The notes under the pieces: generated by a model | Told to the model about the DNA's origin: nothing | Seen by the model: only the letters and a program-made list of their open reading frames with translations | The model's database searches: none | In this document: positions 49,146-59,983 of the stretch, one piece after another | How the letters are laid out: each line of letters starts with the position of its first letter | Numbering within the stretch: position 1 is the stretch's first letter | Assembly: GCF_001194135.2 (NCBI RefSeq) | Contig: NC_068983.1 | Coordinates: forward strand, 74,057,020 to 74,121,019 | Length of the DNA stretch: 64,000 nt | Source of the DNA: Octopus bimaculoides | Taxonomy: Eukaryota | Direction: 5' to 3' | Position numbers and translations under genes: made by a program

Positions 49146-51975
49146 TCGTGATTGGCCCTTCGCAAGACTCCGCATCCGACCCCGAGAGACACTGCAGACC
49201 GGCAAGAAAGTCCTCGAGGGCTCTCCCACCACCAGGACCGCCGTCACCACCGAACAGCTGGGTGCAGTACTTCCGAAAGGCCTCACACATTTTCTCGGGT
49301 TCGTTTACCAAAACGCCATTTTGATTCGTCAAAGATCGTATAGTGGAACGATTTCCTTGCCGAGCTTCCACCACTCGGGCCCATCTAGCGGCCTTGATTC
49401 CTTCATTTCCCATCGCACGTAACTTAGCTCTGGCAATACTTCCCATGTGTTGGGCTTCAAGATGCTGGTTTAACTCCAATCTTTTCACTTTTGCTTGGTC
49501 CGTATTACCAGTCCTCCAGGCTTCTTCTAGTCCTTTAACTAAACCATCTCCTATTCTACATCCCTTCTTAACTAAACTTATGCTAAACCTAATAGACTCA
49601 TATTTGATGGCTCTTTTTAGGGCGTACCACTATTTGTTATTAATGATGGTACCTGTCAATGCCCTCTGTATTAATATATTGATTCGCTTTCTGTATTCCT
49701 CAATCACCAAAAGGGACGTATTGAGTTTCCAGTAGCCAGATCCCTGACTATGTAACTTATCTATTGTCAGTTTACAGGTAACCAACTTGTGGTCACTGTA
49801 GCTGAGTAGAAAAAACTGTGGACACTTAGCTATGGACTTATCTGTTTCTCTAATTAAAATCATATCTAGATATGTTCTGGAACACCCGTCACTATTTGAC
49901 CACGTCCATTGTGGATTGTTCGGGTGTTCCAACCTATATGGATCTGCTAGCTGAAAGTGACTTAGCAGATCCCGTAAGCCTGGGTTACATTTTCTGTTCA
50001 TGATCGAGCCAACACAATCTGTGTGTGCCTCACATATTGTGTTAAAGTCTCCTAACAATACTTGCGAATGCGACATGGCCAGGAACTTGCCCAGGTCACG
50101 AAAATATTCACATTGCGGGTCCATAATGTTGGGTGTATAAATAGCAACTAGCCTGATTATCTTGCCACAACTGAATGTCAGGTCGAGAACGATCAGCCTG
50201 CCTTCTGGATCAGAAAAAAAACAACTTTTTCTCGGCTNNNNNNNNNNNNNNNNNNNNNNNNNNNNNNNNNNNNNNNNNNNNNNNNNNNNNNNNNNNNNNN
50301 NNNNNNNNNNNNNNNNNNNNNNNNNNNNNNNNNNNNNNNNNNNNNGGGGGGGGGGAAGATCTCTTGGCTCCTTTACCCGGGTTCCGTTGCAACAATCACA
50401 TCCAATTTTCTTGACAAACGAAGCGTCCTTGCTTCCAGCTAGACATCAGGCCACGAACATTTACACAACCAATGTGAATAGACATGACTTACCTGTTAAT
50501 CAGGGCTGTCCGGTGGAGAGGGACCCTCCACCTTTTCTTGATACAGGGTCGGAGGTGGCAGGTCTTGGGAAATAGATTGGTTAAAATCCAGTCTCATTAC
50601 TGACACAGACTTTCTATACGTATTTAATAAAATATTATGAGTCTTTTTGTCCATTTCATATAGTTCATAATTTTTGTATTTGTCCGACAGTTTTGCTACC
50701 CTGGTGGCTGATTTTTTTGTTTTTATCTCTCATTAAATCCTCATTGTTACTAAGTAGTGCCACAATCCCTCTGTCTGCTATTTCTTTCCTTGTTGTTTTT
50801 GGTTGGACTCTTTTTGCTATCTTTTTTGGTCGTGGTTCTGCTTGTTTTGGTTGGTTTGCATTTTCTTTTTGCTAGTAACTTTATTTTCTTTTTTTCTTTT
50901 TCTTCCTCCTCATCTTCAGATTCCTCCTCGCCTTCCTTACAGTATTTTTTTATATGGCCTAGCTGGCCACACAGAAAACATCGGGGTTTATACCCCTCGA
51001 CAAAAACGTTGAGGAACTCCTCCCCAACTTCTATTTTTTCCGAAAGCTTTTCTAATACAGCTTGTTCAGTTTGAATAATGAGGTGGACCGTGTGGCCAGT
51101 CCAATTTGCCTTTTCAGAGACGGTAGCCTGAAGTAGTTTTATCTCATCTACTCTTTCTGACAGGACTGTCGCCATCAACCACATAGGGTCGACTTGAGGT
51201 GGAACCTTTGGTATCCGTATTTTGGCTGTCTTCATACCCATGTATATTGGTTTTAAAATTACGTCTTCTGTTGCCAAGGATTTCACTGAGTGCAATTGTG
51301 CAGTTTCGATATTTTTTAGGTGTACCTCGATGGTACCGAACTTTTTTCCTCTGGCTAGATATGTGATATCCTGCCAGATGGGTTTTAAAGATTTTTCTAC
51401 CTTATCCTCGCTTACTCGCTCGATTTTTCTTTCTTTTTGGCAGTATGCCTTGAATATAATAGTTTTTATCTTCTCTGACAATAAAAACTCCTCTGGGGGT
51501 TGAACCTTGACAACGCCATCTTGAACTGTAATCATGTCCTTGTACATCAACAAATCATTTTTATTCGTCGACAGTTGGCGAGTTCTATCTCCAGCTGCAG
51601 ACGCAAAACTTATTTTCTGTTTGCCTTCCTCCTTTGAAGGCTTTTCACCTCGATGTTCCTCTTTGCAACGGGAGTCTTCGACAATAGTGGGAATTCATTT
51701 TCAGACGAATCTGAAACATCTTTCAACAATATTTTTTCAACTTTTTTTGCCTCTAAATCTGTCGAATCCTCGTTAGACGAAGACAAACTTCTTGGCATTT
51801 TGCCGGCAATTAATGTTTTCCCCCACGGGGGAAAACACAATAGTTTTCGAACGAAAACTGTAAAACAAATTTAAACAGCAAATACAACAGGAAATAACAC
51901 GGAAACAGTCCACAGAAACTACACTTAAGGTACAGACGCACTTCAGCAATAATACTTCCAGCTCACAGAGACGAA
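49146..51975 (-). mobile_element. Second autonomous-type Tx1 element (ORF1 + APE + linker), RT missing
   Basis: ORF1 50750-51840; ORF2 starts MSIHIGCVNVRGLM at 50485; APE 49630-50124 (LLGDFN, SYSDHKLV, GYWKLN); linker 49146-49488 breaks at GPIT. Confidence 0.88.
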
Positions 51976-51985
51976 ATACCAATTG

Positions 51986-52970
51986 CTTTATTGCCCACCG
52001 GGGGCTAAACATAGAGGTCACAAACAAAACATGTGGGATATAAAACATATATGAAAAATAAAATGGATGTTATAACGTATGAAGACATGAAAATGATAAA
52101 ATGGAAATGGAACCACTCGCCCCACTTACGAGTGGCCTCATTTTCTACTTTTAAAATCCTGAACCTTCTAACACATCGATACCTGTTTCCTCCAACCACC
52201 AATCATATGTAGTAAATCCTAGGAATGAGCTCCAGCTGAGAGCTGCAGTCCACCTCCCAAAAATAAAATCCAACCATATACTCATGTATTTTTTCCTCCT
52301 GCCTCTTGTCTGGTATTACACACAAGTGATTTTCCTCCACATTATTATACCCTACAGTTCCAATACACTTTATATTCCATTCCGCCGTATTCCTTAACAG
52401 TTCGTCGCTAAGCAACATATAAATCCTACATTTTTTCCTTCTCTTTTTTGACTTGGGGGAGGGGTTTTGGGCTTCTTCTGTATTTTCTGGTTGCTTTTTT
52501 CTTGGCTTTGATGTACATTCTACTCTTATGTGTCCCTTCAGGCCACATTTAAAGCTGCGTGGAACTCTTCCTTCCACCCTGACAGTCATAATTGTTTCTT
52601 CCATGGTTATTGTTTCTGTAATCTTTTTCATCGTTTCTTTTGACCCTTGGACTATCATCTCCAGTTGTTGACCTCTCCAGTTGACACACTCTTTTCTTCG
52701 CCTGGAGCACAACCATGTTATCCTCATTACCACAGAGGACCGCATCTGCCACCCTGGTCACATCAATCTCCGGTGGGATTCCTTCAACCGTGACCCTTGT
52801 TGCTCTCATGCCTCTATACGTGGGCAACAGCACCACTTCTTCGCTCCTAATTGTCGACCCTGCATGTTTCCTTGCTGCTGCTGCATTACGAAACCTCACT
52901 TCTACTGTTCCAAATGTTGGACCTCTAGTCAGGTATATTATGTCTTCCCAAAATCTGCTTTAACGCCTTT
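51986..52970 (-). mobile_element. 5'-truncated ORF1-only element, copy 19
   Basis: ORFs 52549-52899 and 52203-52745; terminal hairpin 51993-52005. Confidence 0.85.
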
Positions 52971-53880
52971 TCCTCACGTATCAAAATGCATTTCTCAGCA
53001 CATTTCTCTGGCATTTTCACTCTTATTATTTCCTCCAGCCTCTCGACATTTCTCTCCATCTGCTCGCAATTCTCGTACTTTATCAAAACCCCATTGTATT
53101 TCACATCTTTATCTGTTCTCTCCTCCTCTTCTTGTACATTATTAGTTTCTGGCTTTTTAATCTCTCTTTTGTTTTCTGTTGACCGTTCCTTTGACTTATT
53201 TTTCCTTTGCTTTTTAGGGTTAGTAGCTCCATTTTCGTTCTTCACCTTTGTTTTCTCTGTTTCACACTTCTGTCTCTCTTCTATTTCCTCAGTGTGGTCT
53301 ACAATGTTTTCCTCCTCTGCTTGTGCTTTCTCTTGCTGTGGCTGTGTGAACTCATATGGGGGCATTTGGTCTTTATATGACCGCTTTCCCCGCATATGTA
53401 ACAATTTGGTTTCCTTCCCTCGACTACAACATTTAACGTTCTCTCATCCTCCACTTCTATCTGGTAGGGAATTCTTTCTATGTTCTCGAATGTAGCAAAA
53501 TGCCACATTTTGAGTCCAAATCCCCACCATTTGCGCACTTTTGATTTCGCCACTGGTCCCAATTCCGGCTCCTCCTTGGTTGCAGCCAGCACTTTTGCAA
53601 CCAACCATTCTGGTTTAATTTCTGGTGTAACTCTGGGTATACGTATTCTCACACTTCTTCTTCCTCTATAACTTGGTAGTAATGCTATTTTTTCACTTCT
53701 TAAAATGTTGGTTGCATGCTTGGTTGCCTCTTCTATAGTGGCGAACCTCACCTCTACCGTACCGAACTTTCTTCCTCTGTTGATGTACGTGGCTTCATTG
53801 ACAATTTCACCCAGGCATTCCTCGATTTCCTCTTCCGTCACCATTTCAATTTTACCGGTTTCGACAGCCTGTGTACGATG
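52971..53880 (-). mobile_element. ORF1 element, copy 20; 3' UTR missing, 5' end in N-gap
   Basis: ORFs 53299-53844 (CYICGESGHIKTKC) and 52925-53404. Confidence 0.85.
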
Positions 53881-54285
53881 NNNNNNNNNNNNNNNNNNNN
53901 NNNNNNNNNNNNNNNNNNNNNNNNNNNNNNNNNNNNNNNNNNNNNNNNNNNNNNNNNNNNNNNNNNNNNNNNNNNNNNNNNNNNNNNNNNNNNNNNNNNN
54001 NNNNNNNNNNNNNNNNNNNNNNNNNNNNNNNNNNNNNNNNNNNNNNNNNNNNNNNNNNNNNNNNNNNNNNNNNNNNNNNNNNNNNNNNNNNNNNNNNNNN
54101 NNNNNNNNNNNNNNNNNNNNNNNNNNNNNNNNNNNNNNNNNNNNNNNNNNNNNNNNNNNNNNNNNNNNNNNNNNNNNNNNNNNNNNNNNNNNNNNNNNNN
54201 NNNNNNNNNNNNNNNNNNNNNNNNNNNNNNNNNNNNNNNNNNNNNNNNNNNNNNNNNNNNNNNNNNNNNNNNNNNNNNNNNNNNT

Positions 54286-54900
54286 TCGTTCTTGGGGGTA
54301 GCCCGTAGACCCAGGCTCTTCTTATTTTCTTCCCACAATAAGTGGGAAGGAACAATATTTTATCCCCTTCAAGGGGCCTGCTGGCAAATATACCAGCCTC
54401 CTCGGGGGTACCAAACAGCAACCATACCGTCGCAAATTTGGTCCCCCGAGAAATAAATTTTATAGTTGGCAGGTGGTCTGCCAACTCCTCCTCTATCACA
54501 TTCTTGTCGAAGAGGGCGATGGCACCACGTGACCTGGAAAAGGTCTGTAGTACCACCGTCCTCTTAAGATCTTTAATCTAATGTTTGGGTGGGACCACCT
54601 CCCACTCCAAAGCAGCGGCACTGTCTATAAATTTCTGCTTCTGGTCACCTCCTCCGTATCCAACTTGATTAACTTGGTTTCTCGCGGCACTGGCTTCCTC
54701 ACGGCAGTGGCCTTGGCATAGCTCTCCATACTAGAGACACTACCACTTGCCATAGCTGGGAAAAAAACGCAGCAGCTCGCGTGAAACGTAACCGTAATAG
54801 TTCCACAAAAATCACAATTATTTACCGAGACAGTTTTCACAAAGTAACACAACAGTATTCACAATAATTCACAGAGCCGTTATACCGCCAAGCACTTCGT
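54286..54900 (-). mobile_element. 5' part of a family-B ORF1 element, copy 21 (right end of the array)
   Basis: RGTKFATVWLLF...AWVYGLPP, homologous to 15870-17054; rest lies in the N-gap. Confidence 0.8.
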
Positions 54901-55528
54901 CCAGCGTGCTAATGATTCTGTCGGCTCATTGTCTTAATAATAATAGTAATGATGATGATTTCAAATTTAGGCACAAGGCAAACAATTTCAGGGAAAGAGA
55001 ACTAGTCGATTTCATCGACACTAGTGTTCAACTGGTACTTATTTTTATCGACTTCAAAAGGATGAAAAGTAAAGTCGACCTCGGCGAAATTTGAACTCCG
55101 AACGTATAGACAGAAGAAATGCTGCTTAATATTGTGTCCGGTGTGCTGAAGATTCTGCCAGCTCTTCTTGAAAACGTTATGTTAACATGTATTTTCGGAT
55201 ATATTAATTTGAATGATATTTTTTATATCTAAATATGGTAATACAACAGAAATGAACGTTGGCCTTGCAACATGAATTCTACAAATAGAGATATAATTTT
55301 CTCGATCTGTATTTTTGTCGTCTAATACTCCGAATTCCTTAAAATTCTTTTAAATGATATTTCTGCTTGTATTACACGAGGAAATACTTTGGATGTGTAT
55401 TCTACTTGCATTTATTGGAGTCTGATTGTTTGATATAGGTAACCAAATTCGTTTAAAATTGAGTGCTTTATTGATATCTGCCTGGAGTTTTTAATCCCAT
55501 TTCTCCGTCTCTCTTTCTTTCTCTCTTA

Positions 55529-55569
<41 letters not shown>

Positions 55570-57458
55570 GTATCAATTAGAGTATTGAATATCATTATAC
55601 ATCGCTGGTCACACTGCGAAGAAGCGCATTGTTGTAGCATTCGAATAATGAATCCCGCTGGTAGTCGGGTAGGTCAACGTTCCCCTTGGGCAGAACGCTA
55701 GTCTGTCACAGACTTTCTCATTTATAGCTGAGTGGAATGGAGCAAAGTGAAATGAAGTGTTTTGGTCAAGAACACAATGCACTGCCAGTCTGAGGATTGC
55801 TAGTTTATATGATCTAGAGCATTTGCATACTTTTGAAGCTCTATTGCTTTCTGTTGCTACTAGTTTTCATATATTCCGAGTTTAGTTTTGACAGCAGTGT
55901 TTGAATGTTTGATAGCGATTCTTTTAAAAGTATTAATCTGAAGAGTTTCTGTGACATCTGAGTCTTTTGCATATCATCGATGTGATGATTGAGCTTGATA
56001 TTGTCGTACAAATCTTGGCACTTTTTTATTTTGTTTTGAAGAAGTCAATGATATCCTTCGTTATCTTAGTGATGCTCCTTCGAATTATGATCGACGGCTG
56101 TGGGTGGACAGTTTGAACTCTAGTCATTTGAAAGCTGCCTCTGATGACAGGGTTTTGAAACTCCGAAGTGTCTTATGCATAAACATCACCATTCGAGGGC
56201 AAACCAATTCATTACCGTTTCAAGCATGTGATGACAAAACGGCGGTCTGCTCAACAGGATTCGGCTCTGGGAGCTATCCTGGTGATGAGAACATTATTTT
56301 TTTACCAAGTTGTAGGATGAGAGCACAGTTCAGAATATGTCTGTGTTTTGAGCAAGTACGCATCCACGTGGACTTAATTCAGTTAAAGAGTCGGAACTGA
56401 GTGTTGATGGAGGAATGTTCCGAAGAGGTCAAGTTGTTAGTTGGGGTTTCAATTGTTAGTACCTTCCTTATTAATAGTATCTTTTTATAACTAATTGTCT
56501 CTATTTCTGTTTCTGCATTAAATTTAAGTATCGACGTTTTTTTTTTAATTGGTACTTTCAAAAAGGTGTTACTCAGCTATTTGTAAAATTAATTTTAAAA
56601 ATCTTAGACGCATTACACTTTACTCACTAAAATTCGTTGACGTTGTTCGTTAATGCCAGTTAAACTTAGATGATAGGCGTGAAGATGCTGGTCTTATCAG
56701 TAAACCGAATTCCTTGGATTATTCTCTGTGGTTTATCCTTTCTTTTGCGAAAGATACTAAAAACAGAAACTGATTCTTCAAGTTTTCTTTTCTCTGAGAG
56801 TTGTGCTCCACACTGAGCAGCGATACCGATGTTGAATTGAGAAAGTTCTTTCGAGAAAACGCTGTAGTACGATTATCTGGTCTTCCTCCGGCTTTGTTAA
56901 GCTCAAGAAATGTTCTTATGCTCTGGATTCCAAATATCAGGTTTCCAGATTCTGTTTTTCTTATTTTCTTAACCACACGGATGGTGACCCACTGGGGGTA
57001 GTTGTCTAGCCAGATACGTAAAGGGACTTCCTATTTTAACACGCATTTCTTCATAGCTTTTCTGTTTAAGGCTGACAGAGGTGTTCCCGAATAGCCCTGC
57101 CCACTTCAAATGTAGAAACAAATTCAAAAGTAACCACTGAATTTGAGAAGGCGACTATCACATTTCTACCGCTAAAAAACAGGTCCACACTAGAAGGTTC
57201 AAGTAACAGCAAACCTATTCCGACTGTCCCTTTCTTATCGCTTTAAGGTTTTTCAAGTAAAATAAAAATTATATAAAAAGAAATAATGCTTATTCCTTGT
57301 TCTCTCTCTCTCTTTAAGATATATTGCTTTTTTTGATGTTCAGTTATAAAAAAAGAAATTTTTTTGATAAAAACAATTTTTATTATAACTGAACATAAAA
57401 AAAAATTACATTAATCAGATGGGTTACTCTATATTTTTCTGGAGTAAAAATTATTTTT

Positions 57459-57493
<35 letters not shown>

Positions 57494-58531
57494 CCCGACA
57501 CATCCAATCTAATCTGGATCTGTTGTTTATAAGCTGCGGTGAACGTCCCGACAAATCATTTCTTGTAGACAAATGATAAAAATCATTGTAATTCTATATC
57601 AGCTGACTAAATTTCGCCAGCAACGACGGATAGCAATACCGTATCACGTGATTTCACCGTATTGCGGATCGTCAGCGATAACCAGCCTCGTACCTAATAA
57701 TGCCAGAACGGAAATCAGTCAAACCGATATAGTATAATGTTGGCTGGATCGACAGAGATCTACCTTCATCACTATATTCGTACATGTCTGTGTTATATAT
57801 ATATACTCAATTCAAATAAGCGAATAAAAATATGAACGTGAGGAGGTGCACAAGAAATGTATTAGCTTGATGGTATATAGGAAAACCTGTCGGATATCGC
57901 TAAATAAACAACTGAGAAAACAATTTTGACTGTGACCCATTTCCTGAGTTGTTTACTTAGTGACATCCGACAAGTTTTCTCATGCTCTCACTTTCTCTCA
58001 CACCCGCACATTCTCAAACTTTTTCATTTGTGTATATGAAACTGCATGCAGGAAGTAGCAACACTATTTTCTTGATTTGAAAGAAAGGAAAAAAAAAAAA
58101 AAATGAAAGCTACATAAAACAAATACTAGAAAAATCAATGTTTACTTTAAAGTGCTGCCAGTTTTACTTTAATCAGTCAGATATATTATTGATACTTACT
58201 TTATCAGCCACAGGGAAGAAGACCAGCGAAGTAGAATCCTATCCTCTCAGAATTTCTAACATCGAAATTTACAAAGCTCAGTGACGTCACTAAATGCTGT
58301 CTGATAATGTTACAACTAAAACATTTTGCAAGTTTGTCATCTTGTAATTTCTCAATAATTAATAGAAAAATATGTTATGAAGAGCTGCATTGCACGCGTA
58401 TATATTATTCATGTATGCTATATCTGTTATACTAGTATATTAGTAAAATTTTCAATAATCTTAGATATGTTGAAATGATTTACATGAAAAATTCATAAAT
58501 TTGAAATAATTTATATTCATTGGAGAGCGAA

Positions 58532-58573
<42 letters not shown>

Positions 58574-59143
58574 TATGTGTGAGTATATGATTGCATATGC
58601 GTGTATCTATGTATATGCAAATGTATGAATATGTGTGTGTGTACTCACATATAGTCTAACGAAGTATTGAAAGGACAATTTATTTAACGAGGTGTTACCA
58701 GCGAATAACTGACCTATCAGTAAAATGTCCGCTTGATGTTGTGGAAGATATGAATTTTGAATTACATATTTTAAATCGACCTTACGATCGAAATCTCATT
58801 AATATTGTATTTATCTGGTAGGATGGCTGCAATAAAAATGCCCCTTTTCCTTTGAAAACTTTACTAAATTTTGAATTACTAAAAACTTACAATTATGATA
58901 AAACATTCAACAGTGTTAAAATATCACTATTTTGGTTGGTTGACTCAATGGTTTGACACTCTTTGCTGGTGTAGTTGTTAGTTAACTCCATGTCTGTCAC
59001 CGTCGAAGAGACTTATAAGAAAAAGCCTTGAAACTATGAAAATACGAGTATTTTTTTTCTTACATTGTAAATATATGAGTACATTATTTGCATACATGAA
59101 TGCATAGGCAGCGCTTTCTTTCTAAGAAGAATTCCAATAAATA

Positions 59144-59983
59144 TTGGGTCATCCCATGAATAATGCGGTTTTTCCAATATTAAGATAAACAAAGTTCTTT
59201 TTAAATCTAAAACATACTCTCTTTCATTTTCTACAGTGTTCTTCCATCTATCTGGAAGGCCTCTCTCCCAAACTTCACTTGACGGTGAAGAAAAATACTC
59301 CTCCAGTACTGCTCTGACTTCGTCTACTGAATTTATCTTTTTTTCCGTCCAAATGTGGAATAAATGATAGTCAGATGGGGCAATATCAGGTGAATATGGA
59401 GGATAGGGCATCGTCTCCCATTCAAAATTCTCCAGCCTTTGGAATGTCATCCTCGCTGTATGTGTCCGAGCACTATTGTGATTGAAGAACATCTTTTGTT
59501 TGTAACCAAAGATGGTCGTTTTTCTTCTAGCACTAACTTGAATGACTGGTTAAATGACCAAATCCAAGCTTTTCTGATAGTTTCTCAAGAGTTACGATGG
59601 GATTTAGTTCCCACAGGGTTTGCAGGACGTATTTGTCTAGCTCTACAGATCTTCCAGGACGAAGCTCGTCTTCTAGGCTGTACTTTCCGGCTCGGAATTT
59701 CTGGAACCACTGTTGACACTGGCTTACGCTTATTGTCCGATCCCTATATACTGCATTAATATTCCTCGCACTTTCCGTTGTGTTGTTGCCTTTATTGAAC
59801 TTATAAATCAAAATATGCCGAGTATTCTCCTTTGTGACTTATAACTTTGAAAAAATAACTGTTAAAATTGAACTTCACTCTTCAAAACTTGCACTTAGTA
59901 ACTTTACCTTGTCCATATTCTACCTGCTTTTATAGCAAGTTGATACAATTGAAAAAAAACGCATCATTTATGGGATGACCCAA
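59144..59983 (-). mobile_element. mariner (Tc1/mariner) internally deleted transposon with both TIRs and TA flanks
   Basis: TIRs TTGGGTCATCCCAT at both ends. HTH part 59533-59811 (WFQKFRAG...RPGR) and catalytic part 59034-59492 (YPPYSPDIAPSDYHLF). Confidence 0.92.

Noticed and set aside
13537-52963. Many plus-strand Phe/Leu/Ser-rich ORFs across the array that look like membrane proteins
   Set aside because: They are antisense shadows of the purine-rich (Lys/Glu) minus-strand ORF1 linkers.
15077-54456. Long ORF-track entries dominated by X
   Set aside because: They read through N-gaps and are not evidence of coding sequence.
13259-54900. Interpretation as a tandem family of domesticated host zinc-knuckle genes
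   Set aside because: Poly(A) tails in DNA, TSDs, 5' truncations, nesting and frequent frameshifts indicate retrotransposition. Domestication of single copies is not excluded but is unsupported.
13259-54900. Telomeric or snRNA/tRNA-gene-targeted array
   Set aside because: No TTAGGG-type tracts and no recognisable U2, 5S or tRNA gene fragments at junctions; the array is flanked by ordinary genic and intergenic DNA.
55880-57000. Possible degenerate coding remnant on the minus strand
   Set aside because: Short broken frames with no motif I can assign; needs a tBLASTx search.
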